DNA of 64,000 nucleotides, from the NCBI GenBank assembly GCA_964430205.1, contig CAYSER010000002.1, forward strand, positions 17,207 to 81,206, given 5' to 3'. Position 1 is the first letter of the stretch. Each line of letters starts with the position of its first letter. The DNA is from an uncultured Candidatus Peribacteria bacterium. Its GTDB lineage: Bacteria; Patescibacteriota; Gracilibacteria; Absconditabacterales; Absconditicoccaceae. Below, one piece after another: positions 9,550 through 24,197 of this stretch. Below the pieces are notes generated by a model. That model had not been told where the DNA came from and made no database searches. It worked only from the letters and a program-made list of their open reading frames with translations. Made by a program: the position numbers and the translations under genes.

Positions 9550-12500
9550 TTATTTTTGCTTGATATCCAAGGTCAGCGTGGTTATGGACTGCCCTGATGG
9601 CTCTTTGACGATATATCTTGGCTTTTTTGCTGTTGCATCGAAGAGATATTCTCCTACAAGCGAGCTTGCATACATACCAGGGATGTAGATCGCTCATGCG
9701 GTGTTGGTATAGAGCATGCACTCATCGTTCACATTCTTGATACAATATCCTCCGTCGAAGTCGCCGAAGTTCCCTTGCGTCAGATGCATTTGCTGGTATC
9801 CGATCACATTCGGATCCATCTGGATCACCACTCATTGGACCGGCAATACTATTTGGAAAAGCCTAACATTCTTCCTCATATCCACGAGCTCGATCACCGG
9901 TATATGAGTTGCAAAGCTCACCTGGAGCTTGACCGTATTGGCATATGCTTGATTGATCGTGATCTCTCCTGTCTTCGGATCGATCTTAGCGATTTCATCG
10001 CCTTGCGCGTTATAAAGTCCTATGTCGCTACCCATCGTGAATATTCATCCGGTGATGATGGTCTGTTTCGGCGTCAGATCGAATCCTCCAGATTGATTCT
10101 TATTCGTTCATCCGAGATTCTTCCAGATACCGTTCCTCAATCTCTGGAAGATGACCGTTCCTTCATCCAGATCATGGCTGATCTTCGCTATGATGTCAGC
10201 GGTCTTTTCCCCTGTCTTCTTCACATCGATCACTTCGATATCAGGGGAGAGGATATTGAGCGTTATCGTATCCTTGGTTACGTTATCATTCTGGTCTATC
10301 GCGATGAAGTCGTAGTTTTGCTCTGTCGTGCCGGTAAAGAATAATCATCCTATATCGATGGTTCACGTCTGTGAAGTATTGTCTTTTTCTATGATCGTCT
10401 GTCCATCTTTCTGAACTATCATCTTCGTGACAGCGACATTGTCTGTCCGTATCGATTTGAGCGTATAACTGGTGTTGATGTATCCTTCATGCATCAGCCC
10501 TGTGCTTAGTGCTTCTTGTGTACTATTTCTCCGCAATGTTACCTCGCCGATCGGCGCTATCGTATCACCAAGATTTTGCATGCCGGCAACGGTTTGATTG
10601 GATCGTGGCGATGATTTGGTCAACAGTTTCAATGTTTGCTGCTGTCTTGAAGAGAGTTGATCAGAGGTATCAGACAATGTTGCAATGCTTACGTACAATC
10701 GTTTCCTCGGGAGATCATTGAATGTTACGTTGAGAGTGTCTTGTTGAGGATCATAATATTCCACTTCCAGGATGTCATTACCTAGTTGGCTGCTGATACG
10801 ACTTTTGACCATATTCTCATCTACGGTCAGCAATGTTCCGGTACTATTGCTCTCTCTAGGCAATACTACGATATATTTCGGCTCCTCTCATCGTCAGAGG
10901 ATGTCCCGTAGACTCTTAGGCGTATCTTTATCGTCGATCTTATTGCTTACCTTGATGATGTATCCATCTGTCTGTTCGCCCAATGCTGTGCTGTTGGTCC
11001 ATGAGAGCTGGAGCGTGTCGAATGTCTGTCCCTTGGTGGCGAAATTCTTCGGTTCCTTATTTCTGTCTATCACCTTGAGCGTGATGTCGTTGATCTCCAA
11101 GTATCCATATGCATCAGTATTCTCTCTCAGCTGATCCAGTGATCTGATATATCGTTGGTTCGGATTCAATCGTGTCGATGGATGCTCCATCTCGTAGCTG
11201 TAGAATTTGCGGTAATGCGTCACTATGGAATTGCCTCCTTTTGAGAGATGTTCTGCTTCCTGTTTTGCATATTTGACATAGATAGCGTTCGCATCGTGCA
11301 TCAAGATGTCGGTATGGCTATCATTGTTGAGATCGATATCGGTCATATATGTCGCTTTCACGTTCTCGATATGTTGGCTTGAGCTTACCGTATTGACCAT
11401 GCTCTTCGTCATTCAGCTATAGGATTCTACAAATACGCCTTGGATATATGCTGAGATATCGGTCGTATATTGCGTCTCGGTAGATTGAGAACAATTCGTA
11501 CAGGTTCATCATCCTTGTGCAAGCAACGGTTTCGCTGTATCCGTATATGCGAGTAACGCTGTATCAATCTTGTCTTTCGTCTCTTCCAGATATTTCTTGG
11601 ATTGTTTGTACGTGTTAGCCGACATATTCAATTTTTCTGGACCGTCGTTGTTGACTGCGTCCAGGTATCCTTGAACCATCCTTTTGTTGAGATCCAGATA
11701 TGTCTTTGTCGGATCCTCTTGCGATTGCAGGATATTTTTGGTCGGATCGTCCATCGTCAAGAGCGGAGCGCTGAACGTTGCACTCGTCGTCGTATCGTCT
11801 ACGAGAACTATCGGATCATTTTGTATGCTCTTGATGAACGAATCGTACTGCTTCACTCTCTTTTCTAACTCCTTATTTTCCTTGATTTTCTGGTCTATCA
11901 TCGATTTTGCTGCTTTTTCTATCGTTTGCAGCTGTTGTGTCGCTGGCAACACGGTCGAAGTATTCTCTATGGTAGCCAGGATCTTGCTTACCCTGTCAGA
12001 CATCTTCTTGTCTGTCATCGTCTTTTCCTTGAATTGCAGGAGTCCTTGTTTCAACTCTTTGAAAGCATCAGCGTACGCTATCATGCCGCTTTCTGCATCG
12101 GATTGATGGTATCCATCAAACTTCAGGTTGATATTCTGATCCAGATTCTCGATAGCATTGAGTCCGCTCATGATCGCATTGTCGTTCGCTTGCTCTGTCG
12201 CTCGGTTGACCGCTTTGTTTGCAGGGCTTTCTACCTGTTTGGATACGAAGCTGTTCGTAGTTTGTGCAATGCTATTGAAGACATCATAGACGCCGTCAAA
12301 GTTGAATTTGAGTGTTGTATATGCGTCCAATCTATAGTCGAATCATTGGAGCGGAGGATCCTTGAATTTTGTCGTCATATCGAAGTAATCAAAGACAGGG
12401 ACGTTCCGTGTCCTTTGGGTTATCTGCTCTATCTTTCCTTTGACTCATTTCTCTCCCACCAATCCGATCCCTCATTTGACGATACAGAAGATCTTCCCTA

Positions 12501-15500
12501 TGAAATCAGCGACTTTGAGGACGGCGTTAATCTCCGGTATGATCTTCGGTATCTTAGGTGCAGGAGGCAGTACGGGAAGATCCATCTTGATTGTTGGTAT
12601 GAATGATGGCGGTTCCGGCAATGTCGGCGGTTCCGGAATCACTGGGATCGTCGGAAGTGAAAGACTCTTATTGAAGAATCCAAGGTCCATATCCATACTG
12701 ATCTCCGCTTCCGGCGGTTCGGGAAGATCAGGCAGCTGCGGCAACGCGATCTTCATGGTCGTGAAATTGATCTTCGGCAATACGATATCCATGCCGAGCT
12801 CTACATGAGAGATATCCATATAGATGTTCGGTATCTTGAATGCTGGTATCGGGAATATCGGCAGCTTTGGGCAGAGGAATGAGAGGCTACAGGAGAATGA
12901 TCAATAATTGTCGTTACTGCATTTGCTGCACTTCTGAGATCGGTTCACAGAGAAGTCTATGATCGCCTGCCATGTCTTTATCGCTCAGACAATGAGGACT
13001 ATCGCATCCACATATTGAGAGTATCTCGTCGCGTTGACACTGAAGAAATTATTTATGCCACCTACGAAGTTTGAAAGCAATGAGGAAATCTCCGTCAGGT
13101 ATCTGTCGGTAAGGTGTGTCCGTTCGTAGAGCTGGTTAGGGAATTGCTTGTATTTCTCCAGGACGTTGATGTTCTGTTTGACGGAATTGATAACCCCTGC
13201 GGTATTTTCCCTGAATGTCAGGAAATTGTTCAATGATCCTGCTGCGCCTGAACATTTTTGGAGCTTAAGTACAACAGCATTTATCGCATCCAATCTTGCT
13301 TGTTTATCTTGTGAGAAATTCTTTCCTTCTGCCTTTTTTTCATTCTCAAGTCCTGCCTGTATGATCAACCGATAGGGTAACGTTCCGATCTTGGTCGATG
13401 TATTCTTGGCGTTTATTCAGATATTCTTCATGTCAGCTCCCATTTCTTTCCGTGATGTCCCTGTTCCCTCCGGCAATGCTAGTATCCTATCCATGTCTTT
13501 TATCTGATGCTCTATCCGATCCTTCTCTCCATTACCCAAGGCTGCATAGGTCGGCGATGCTTTTTCTGCCACGAGCATATCTTTCATCTCCTTGGCTTCT
13601 TTCTTGTCGGTCGTCCCGCACATTGCTAACATCTCATTGATGATGCTTGTCCGATCTTCCAGGATCTTCGCATTCTTATCTATCCGCATCTTGAGATAAC
13701 TCTGATACTTCATGATATCATCGCTCGTGATCCCCGGAATCTTGATGTTGAGATCTTTGGTGTCGATATTGATGAGCGGCACTTCCTTGAACATTGATTG
13801 GATCGCTTCAAACGGATTGTTGCCGATCTGTTTTGAGATGCTGCTGATGTTTTTCTGGGATACGTATTTTTTCCGATCTCATCCGGTAAGCGTTTGAATA
13901 TATCCGGCTTGCTTATCCTCAGCGTTGATTTGCTTGTATGTCTCAGAGAGATTGCCGATCTTATCGAATCATTGGAATACGGTTGTCAGGTCAGGCAGAT
14001 CCACCTGGATCGTCATCTTAGTTAGATTGTTCTGTATATAGGATATCTGCCTGGTCATCCGATCCTGGACCACGCATTTGACTAGACCTTTAGTCTTGGC
14101 TCCCAATCTCTTGAGCGTTATTGTCTCTCCTTTCTGGATGTCATATCCTTCATAATCCTCTCCTTCTTGTGGCTCTTCAGACACGCTTCTCGGCTCCATA
14201 TCCAAGGAGATTAGTCCTCAGAAATTTCCTTGCGGTATCGCCGCTGCATACGAAGGATTGTTTTCTGAAGATCCTGCTGCTACGATTTGGAATGGTGAGC
14301 TTGCTGTATTCACTGATGTCTGGGTCTGCGTATCTGCTGCAAAAATCATTGTATTACCTATTTTCGGCGGATTGTTGCACGTTCCATTGTCGGCTGCAGA
14401 TGCCAAGCTCGGATCTATTTCTTCTGTCGCCGGTTGATTGCCTTGCGAACTTTCTTTGGTACAGTTCGTGATCGGCGGTACGGCGAAGACGATACAGTTC
14501 CCTGCTATATCTCTGAACGGTTTAGGTAGTGCTTTCCCTACGGTATATGGACCGAAACACATGGCTATACCCATACCTAAGGTCAATGTCGGCGCTATGT
14601 AAAGCCTGAATATCGATGGATAGGTTCCTCATGGAGTGCCCAGGAAAAATCCATCACTCGTTCACTTGAATGGGAATCCGAATATCCCTGGTGCCGGAAT
14701 GTATCCTACCGGTGTCGGTCATCGGTTCCCTGGAATATTCAGGAGCGGCATTCCTTTGCCTATTGTCGTGTTTAAGGTCTTGAAGACTGTATAGAGTGGA
14801 TTCGGAAGCTTCGGTACGCATCAGAAGATATGATAATCGCCTGGAGCCAAGAATGCTTGATTGAATGGCACCGGTAAGCCCGAGCATCCTCCTTTGCCGA
14901 GCGTGAATCATTGACAAAGTCCTTGCAGTGCTGAATCGATCTTCTTGGATACTTTCGCTGTAGCACCATCGATATAACTGCTTACCCCTCATAGGTTTAC
15001 TGATACTCCTCATTCCGAGAAGAGCGAAGAGAGGATGTTTTGTGCGCTTCGTGCTTCCAGGTTGTCCATGCCAGGTACGCTTGATACCTTATCTAAGCTA
15101 TCGACACTACTCAACTGATCGATGGTGGTATTGATAGATTGTTGTGTCGCTGCTTCTGCTCAACTATTGTACGTGTTTATCACCGTTTGGATATCATCAT
15201 AGATCTGTTGGTAAGTCTTTTTGGTTCATGATCTGTCGTTGAAGAGGATCCATCTGTTCTTTTGGCAGGCATCCGTCATATTGATCTGGATGTCAGGATA
15301 TCCATCTTTCTTCTTATTCTCCTTGATGATATCTGTATCTTTTACGTCGATCGTCACTGCTTGTTGTTCCTGATAGGTCGCTAGGAACGAAAAGCTCAGT
15401 GCTTCTCCCGAATTGAGATGAATGTTATCCATAACGAATTGATACCCTTCCGGAGGATTCCGATCGATATTCAATCATCAGGTATTGTCCGTGATGAATG

Positions 15501-18500
15501 ACATTTTGACTATTTTGTTGTCGCTATCTTTTCCGATATTCCGCGGTCATTGCGTTTGATCGATATAGGTCAATCGGTTATTGTTCTTCTTGGAGAGGAT
15601 AGTCGTCTTGATCACCACTTCATCACCCTGTCTCAATACTCATGAATTGATGTCCACATATTCCTTGTAGACGCTCACGGCATCGTTTGCTTCGTTGATC
15701 GGTAAATAGGTCACTTCATCTTTGGAGATCTTTTCGTAGGCAGGAGCACTTGATAATGGATTGTCCGTGAATGCTAATTGTGTCTTGCCTGCTGCTATAT
15801 AGGTATCCGTATTCGCTACCATCGATTTGATGTCATTCATAGTGGATGTCTTGAGTGCTTTGAGTTGATCTTGCGTCATATTCGCCGTCGTATCTTCTCC
15901 CTCTATATCTGTCTCTTCTTCGATACCTTCTTGCGGCATCTCTGCCCCTTTCCGGTGGATCAAGCTATTATCCTGGATGTACCGGCTGCTGTTTATCCTT
16001 GTTCAGAAGCGTTTGATGATCTTGTAGTTTCCCTGCTGCCTCATATACCGTCATGTATCGCAGAGTCCCGTTACCGATGATAGATAGTTAGCTCCTCCTT
16101 TTGAGTTCCCCCCATAGAAGATCTTGATATCATTGAGTGCATCATTGGTCACAATATCCAATATTCCGTCCTTATCCATATCATTCACAAACAGTTGCCT
16201 TACGCTGGAAAGATCATCCGGCGACTTGTTTCTCTCATTCGGTTCGCTGTTGATATTGAGACAGAGATTCTTTCCGTCTACGGGGAATACTCCTTTGTCA
16301 TTGAGATATGCAATGCCTTTGCCGTTGTTGGTGATTACCAGGATATCTTCATATCCATTTCCGTCCAGATCGCCGATCTTGAGCTCTTTGATCGGTTCCG
16401 CTATGATCATCAGCTCTTGCATATCCTTGTAGGCTTGAGTCCCTCCATAATTCTTGAGCAGCTTGACCATACCATCCGTATAGACAACGATCAGATCTTT
16501 CAACCCGTCATTGTTGAAATCTATCGGCATCGTGGTATAGATGGTCTTGTTGGGATCGGCATAGATGGTCTGTCAGATGGATGCATCAAAATCCGTTTTT
16601 GCGATCTCCGGACTTTTCTCTCTCCTTTCGAGCAACGGATCTCAGAAATTCATCAGGAACTGAGAACCGTACGGCAGCGTCGCTTCCCCTACAGTCTTTC
16701 CATCTGCGAAATTCGCGATATTTTTGAAATCGCTCGTGAATCCTACGCCAAGCAAAGCGTCTGCGCTATCCTCTATAGATGTGTATCCTTGTTTGGTGAA
16801 CGCACTATCCATCTTATAAATGCTGATGCCTTGTGCGTTGGTCGATCATTGACTGAATGCCGATGTCTTGCCGTAGGTGACAGGGTCCAGCAGTTCGATG
16901 TTCGCGCTTTCCCCTGCGATGCTCTCATTATTCCAGACTAGCATCGTACCGATGTGCTTGCCGTCAAATGTCATAGTATAGGTACTCATATCATCGATCA
17001 TCTCATTGTCTGCTTGTATGCTGAGTCTCGTATCCATCATACCTCTGTCGATATCTAGGATATCGATGCCATTGATCGTAATTTTCGATGTGGTAGCTTC
17101 ATTTCCTGTGATGACGCTATCCAACGGTTCAGGAACATATAATAGTGTCGTGCGTTGCTTCTTGAAGGTGTCTATAGCTCCCGTATCTTTTAGCGTCTTG
17201 ATTTCGTAATCCGTCATCTTGCCTAGATGCACTTTCGCTACGTCCGGAATAAAAGCCATAAATTCATTATTCTCTCTCGTTATCGTAGCTGCGTTCTCAT
17301 CAAGCGCTTGGATTTGTCATGATGAATCTATGATGTAGGCTATCTGCTTGATCTTGTTTGGATCTACCATCATCGTTGTCGTCGTCAGGAGCTTATCCGA
17401 TTTTTCCGTCAAACCGTTGATCACATTCTCATTTTCGGAAAAATATCCTCGCTGATTTCATCGGTCTGTACCGAAGAGATTGAGGTACATGATATTGAGC
17501 CCTTCTTTAGGGATCAGGCTGTCCTGGACGATGAATCTCTCATATCCTGGCACTTGATCAGTAAGCGTCCTTATATTCTCATCGATATATGCGAATACAT
17601 ATCCTTCTCCTCCTTTCCCTGTCGCAGTGATTGCATAGGTATACGTATTCCCTGTATAGATAAACTGATTAACATTACTCTTAGCAGCTCCGATAACTCA
17701 GAGCTTGATGAGCGTTCCGCTCGTCACTTTGTTGTTCCGGCTATCGACCACATCGATCGTGCCTTTACTTCCTGTCGTCGCCGTGAAATCCAATTTGCTC
17801 TTCTCCAATGTTATCACTATCGATTTCGCTTTTCATGGATTTACGGTCACGGGGATCCCGATAGGGTCTATGCCGGGAATATTGAGGGTGAGCGTATCCT
17901 GCCCCGCCCTGAAGCTTGGATAGAGTGTTATATCCAATCTGCCGCTCGTAACGAGGAAATCGCTTGCTTTACTGAAAGTCAGTTGTCTCTGCACTCCATT
18001 GATTATCTCCTCTTTCACTGTTCATGGGATCATCAATCATTGTTTGCTCGCTACATTGACTACGGTATCCAATGGCACATTATTCAGGTCCTTGACTCTG
18101 ATTGATATGCTCGGCAGATTCTCCGGCCTTATCTGTGCGATACCGCCGCTATCCGTATATTGGATGCTCTCTTCGTTGTTGGGTAAGGTGAAGAGGATCT
18201 TCGGTTGTGTTTTTTGTGCCAGATTGGTCTGATATATGACGGTATTGTTCTGGATTACCGAAATGATGCCTTTCGCTACTCTGACAGTCTTTTGTACCGT
18301 TATCCCTGTGCCTTGGACCCCCAACCTTTTTTCCCCTTCCTGAGGTGTTACGGTGATGGTCACTTTCTTATCCGTTTTGAGTCCTGTCGGTCATTGATAG
18401 ATGAATGAAGATGAGGAGAAATTATCTAAAGCGATGCTGTTGTTCCACACAGCACCGTCATAGAGTTTTCCATCTCAGCTCAGTGTGCTGATCGTGTATG

Positions 18501-21500
18501 GTTGGATGCTCTGTCATATCTGATTACCATAAGCATCTTCTGCATTGAGTATTACCGGTATCTGTGCCCCTTCCATGACGACATCTGGCGATTGTATAGC
18601 TATCTTCGCTATGGGTCATGGTAAAATATTGATGATCTGCTTCTTGATGATACAGACATTTCCTCCCGCTGGGCAGAGCTCTATCTTGAGCGCCAAACTA
18701 CCTGCTTTCTTGTCTTTCCCTATCATCATCTCGAATACCATCTGCTCTGTATTCGGGTTATAATATTCCTGGAGCTTATCGGTACAAATATTCTTAGTTG
18801 TGTTCATTCCCTGCCTAGATATCTGTATGCAGGTGTCTCCTGTTCATGAGATCTTGACGTTCACTCTTCCTACATCTTGCATCATACCGATCTTCAGCTG
18901 TGCGTTTCCTGTGTCGGTCACGTTCAGGATTGTCTTATCAACATTGATTGTGGCATAGGTATTGTATGCTTTCAATGTGTCTTGGACATTCGTCCCTGCT
19001 TGATCGATAGTCTCTTGATTATTTTCTGCACTTCGTTGGTCTCCATATTGTTTCCATTGTCCTGTCGTCATAGCTACCGAATTTTGCAGCTCTTTGGCGA
19101 ATCCCATAAACACAGGTCATTCCGCGTTCTTGAAACTTATCTGGATATCCAATGGTTTCTTCAGTACTTTCTTCGCTCGGCATTTCACGGCTTTTGCCCA
19201 TGGTGAGGAGAGCGGATTCAACTTGAACAATGATGATGTCCCATCAGTATCTACTCCTTCGCAGGTATCCACTTCTTTTTGAAGATCAGCCGAAGGTCAT
19301 TCCTCAAATGTATTCGATGGTTTCTTGACTTGTTTGACCTGTGCCGCCTGTATCTGTTGGATGAACGAAGGCGTGGATTTTGCCGAGATGTAATCTTCGC
19401 CATCGGAGTTGATATATGCTACTTCATATCCTGTCTTATTGTACACCGGCGTGATAAATTTCCCTTGATCGCTCCCTGACCTCAGGTAGGTGTTGGTGAT
19501 CTGACCTATTTTCTGGTTGATATCGAAACTATTCTTCAGCTCTGCCATATCTCCGGCGACAGTGCTTTGCGTCAATCTTTCCGGCCGTCCGATATTCTGG
19601 AAATAGAAGATCTTCGCTATCATATCAAGTTTTTGATCTACCGTATCGGCCGCGCTATCTCCGTATATCGCCTGCTTTCAGTATTCTGGAGCGTTCTTGA
19701 GCCTGTCGAGATATCCAATGAGCTGATCGATGAAATAGTCCGAAGGTAATAAGTCGTAGGTATGCGTGTTCGGATTCGCCAACGGATCAAGCTGCGCGAT
19801 GAAATCGAATTGGCTCTTGTACGTCTGATAGTATTGGAGTTTCTTGTTCTTCTGATTCTCTAGCAGCGCATTGTAGGTAGCAACCTTCTCTCTGAGATAA
19901 GTCTTGATCGCTTCCCTGATTTCCGGGATCTCTTTGATCACCAGCTTATTGCCGATTTTCTTATAGATCTCCACTTCATAGAGATTAGGATAATCAAGTC
20001 TTACCACATCTCCGCCTATGCCCTTGAAGGTGATATTCCTGATATTGTCGATTGGTCTGTCTTGGGTCGTCAGATTCATCCCTTTGTTCGTCTCTTTCTT
20101 GTCAGCATTATCGGAGACGTCGAATGTATTCATCGTCGTCTTGACCTGTGCTATTTCGCTGAACACGCTTGGTGCTGAGAATCGCGCATTGATCTCTTCG
20201 AACGGTTTCACTGTCGTACTATTATCTCATTGATATTGCTGGATCTTCTCTATCCTATCATTGATATCCGCCGCATATGCCGCGATGGAGGATATCACGT
20301 TATGTATGACTGCACATAATGGTTGATAGTTGTTCGTACAACCGCATGCGGTAGCAGGGGTTCCGCACATCTGCGATGCGTTGATCTGCTGCATCTTCGT
20401 CGTCAATGCAGTGTTGATGTTGTGCAATTGACCTACCGTGTTATAGATATTCCGTGCATGGGTGAATGTCGTCTTGAACGCGTTCACATTGGTCATGAGG
20501 TAATTGAGATTCGTGGTTATTTGATCTTTCCGCGTATTCAGGATCTCCGGCTTCTGCTTCTTGAATGCTTCGCTCTCGATGATGTTGGTGAATAGCGCGG
20601 AGGTATTGCTGATATTGAGATTGTTGAGATATTCTTGGAGATTGTTGAGTCCGTCTCTGACCTTCTCGGCTCTTTCCGACATCGCCTGTATCTTGGTCAA
20701 GTTGATGTTTTTCTCGCTCCGTTCGTTGGCTTTGTTCGCTATCTGGAGCGCATTCATGTTCGCAAGAGTGCCTGTCGTGAAATTCGCTATCTCCACCATG
20801 CCAGCATTCCCTGAGGCGATGAGCGATTTGAGATTCATCAGATTAGAGATCGTGCCTGTCATATCCATGATATCCGCACCGCTGAACTCTTGCTCCTTAT
20901 CCAGGATATCCGTCTTGATTCGTGAAAGGTCGGACATTACATTGGTATAGAACGTCAATAACGGCGCTCCGTTTTTGAACTTGTAGAACTCGGTACTCGA
21001 TATCTGATCCCGTGTCGGCGAAATATTCTTTACCCTGGAATCGATCGTCTTGTATGTGTAAGCTTTCCCTTCGCCTCCGCAGATCCCTGGACTGAATGAA
21101 TACATCAATGCTTTGCTTGCATGGATTACGTGCGAATTCGTCTGTCCGTAGATCATGAAGAAGTTGTTCTGATCGAATATCTTGGGCGCATTATATCATC
21201 GGTTAGGATGCTCCAGATCAGAATTGGTCGGTTTCTGATTCGTGAACTTGAGATCGATACCGTTCGTTTCCGGATTATCTATATATGAGAAGATATTCCC
21301 GTATTTGTTCTCTATCTTTTCCTTGACCGCAAACCTCTCTTGTTGGATGCTTGCGTATGCCTGGATTCCCACATAGGTGTTGCCGCTATATTCTGGTGAT
21401 GCTATTGCTTTGGATCATGCGATGTCGAAGAGCGGGAATTTAGCGTTCTTGTAATCGTAGTTCTTCAGTGTCTGTGTCTCTGAATCCATGCTTAATGGCG

Positions 21501-23205
21501 ATCCTCATCATCGATATCTCTGGCTAAAGTCAGTCAATGTTTCGCATCATCATTGTTTCTCTTGATCATTGATATAACATTTGTTCTCATCCTTGGAATC
21601 ATCCGCTTTCCATGTTTTTTTCCATCGGATGCAGTAGCCGAAGAGATGGAGATTGCAATCCCTGTTCCATAAGCTTTGCTTATTGATCTTGAGCTTATCA
21701 TAGAGCGCGACCTCATCCTGTGTCGTGTTGATATCATACCCTCTATTAGCTTCTATCTGTGTCGAGAATATCTTATAGGATCATCCTATGGATTGTCCGG
21801 TCTTGCTGATCGATTGTCAGGAAAATGTTGTAAGGTTCTGGAACGTACCTCTATATATGCTCGTATCTCCTGCCGATGTGATCTGATTCGCATTCTTTCC
21901 GAAATAGTAGTTCTGATAATAATCATATTTGCTCCGGATACATTTCCGCGGTATCGGCCATACAGAAGGCTTTATCTCGCCCTTAAAATCCAGTTCTTCC
22001 AAAGGGATGGGGATATCCATATAATATTTGTCCTGGTCGATCTTCTCGTTGAGCTTGCTTTCCATGTAGTCGTTCATCTGGATCAGCAATGGCTGGACAT
22101 TATTGTCCAGATCTCCCACTAGCCGATTATCCTTCTGCACCATCTTATCAGTGACGGAACTGTAATCGGTGAAGGTTTCTCCATCATTGGTCTTGTATCG
22201 CCTTGCAAGTCAGCCGACATTATCTTTCACTTTAGCTAGGAATTGCGAACTGATGAGCCCGTCATAGGATTTCAGCATCTCTTGCGTCGCTTTATTGAGG
22301 GTGAGCGTAGGCATCTTGGATTCTATCTGTTGCGAGGATTCTTCTGCTTCACTATTCCTGGATGCCATATTGTCCGCGTATGCCTTGAGATCAGGATCCG
22401 ATACGTTCTGTAGATCATTCTTGAGATTGCTCGTCAAATCCAATGATCCTTGATTGTGCTCGTCCTTGAGGGTATTGAGCAGCAGATTGGTGAATCTGTG
22501 ATATCCGATATCTTCGGCGAATGTTAAGCTGTTTATGTAGTATTTGGTATTTTCCGGGATGAAGTATTTCTTGAGTCCGATGAAGTCCTCATACCGTATT
22601 GCTTTGTCGATGAACTTCTTCGGATCGCTGACATAGGATTTCAGCTTCCTGAAATATTGGTTATATTGTGTAGCGGCATCGAACTTGATGATACCGTGCC
22701 ATATTTCTGCTTGGCCGTTCGGATTGTCGTTGTACACGAAGAATTTCTTGTTCGCATCATAGATGAATTGCTGATGCTCGAAATCAACGTATGGGAAAAT
22801 GCTCGGATAGATGAATCAATTGTTCTGCACTACTGGTAATGGAATGTTTCCTATGAGCACGGTACCCACCAGTTTGGAGCTTGCATCCTTGAGCCCTTCG
22901 AAATACATATTCTCTAGCATCTGCGAGATTTCATGAGCTTTGAGCGATTTCGTATCTATGGGCAATACGATAGCTTTGCTGTTGGCTATCTTGCCTTGGA
23001 TATAGTCGGTGGTGTATCGTACGAGATTCGTTTTTATATCCTCATAAATATCCTTATCTACAAATACCGCAACTAAATTTGTCGTGTTCGGATTCTCTGC
23101 TGCATATACGTCTCTTCGATTGATATATGCGCTATTCTGCAGAAGATAGGACATTCCGTAGAGTATAATCAGCATCCAGACTATGATTTTTTTCGAGATA
23201 TTCAT
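9550..23205 (-). CDS. giant secreted/surface protein, about 4,551 aa, with FG-GAP/VCBS-like repeats and a Pro-rich segment
   Basis: All 23 minus-strand track ORFs from 22816..23205 down to 9832..10035 have ends congruent 0 mod 3. I walked every gap codon by codon. Every interruption is TGA (about 60 in total) and there is no in-frame TAA or TAG until TAA 9550..9552. N-terminus MNISKKIIVWMLIILYGMSYLLQNSAY (signal/anchor). DFNNDGLKDLIV, DLDGNGYEDILV and DMDKDGILDIVT at 16051..16530. LPxLPxPP-type tract at 12472..12819. Confidence 0.8.
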
Positions 23206-23464
23206 CAGGCGATCTATTCCAATGCTAAAGCATTTTTTTTACTACAAAAATATCTGACAAATCAGTATAGCCAAACGGCAAGTAAAATAAACGAAAAATA
23301 GCGATTTTCGCTATTTCCAAATTGGGTTTTTGTGATACAATAATGCTCGTCTTCGACTCGTGATGAAAACTCACTGCGTTCGCGATAAAAATTGACTTCC
23401 GCTTCGCGATACAAATCGTGTAAAACAGCTTAAAATAAGCAAAAATAGCGAGTGATGTCGATGA

Positions 23465-24118
23465 TTACCGTTCTCCTTCCCGTTCTTTATAGAATTCTTC
23501 GAGGTACTTTTCCATGTATTCGTGCCTGTGTTCAGCTATTTTTCTGCCTGTTTGGGTGTTCATTCTGTCTTTGAGCAGCAGGAGCTTTTCATAGAAGTGA
23601 TTGATCGTAGGCGTATCGCCCGTTTTATATTCTTCCTTGGTCATATCCAGATTGGGTTTGATCTCAGGGTTATATATTTCCCTATTCTTGTGCCCTCCGT
23701 AATTGAATGTCCTGGCGATGCCTATAGCTCCTATAGCGTCCAATCTATCAGCGTCCTGGATCACATCGAGTTCCGGTGATTTGAATTCTTGCAGGTGTTT
23801 CCCTCCTTTGAAAGAGATATGTCTGATGATTTCTTCTATATGCTTGATGATCTCTTCTTCTACCTGGATAGTTTCGAGGAATTGCCTTGCTTTCCTGGGA
23901 CCGATCTCCTCATCGCCACCATGGAATTTGCTATCGGCGATATCGTGGAGCAGCGCTCACAATTCGACAATCAATATTTCCACATTCTCTGTTTGTGCGA
24001 TATGCTTCGCCGTTTTCCGGACTCTATAGATGTGCCATCGGTCGTGTCATCATTCGGCGTCTTTGAGTTCCGTTTTGACGAAATTGACTGTTTTGTCTAT
24101 GATTTCCTGATTTTCCAT
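23465..24118 (-). CDS. HD-domain phosphohydrolase (YedJ-like, 217 aa)
   Basis: Track ORF 23465..23764 extends to ATG 24118 through TGA codons. DAE-G-G-HDRWHIYRV (both G are TGA) and LLHDIAD HD motifs. TAA stop. Confidence 0.85.
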
Positions 24119-24197
24119 GGAAATGGTGAAATGATAAAACGGTGAAATGTTTGAACAATACTATACTTATAGAGGGAATCAAGGTATGATATATGGC

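Noticed and set aside
9550-23205. Reading the 23 fragments, and the other broken housekeeping genes, as pseudogenes or a decaying genome.
   Set aside because: Every interruption is TGA and never TAA or TAG. The frame is conserved across all pieces, and in known families the TGA codons align with invariant glycines. Random decay would produce all three stops plus frameshifts.
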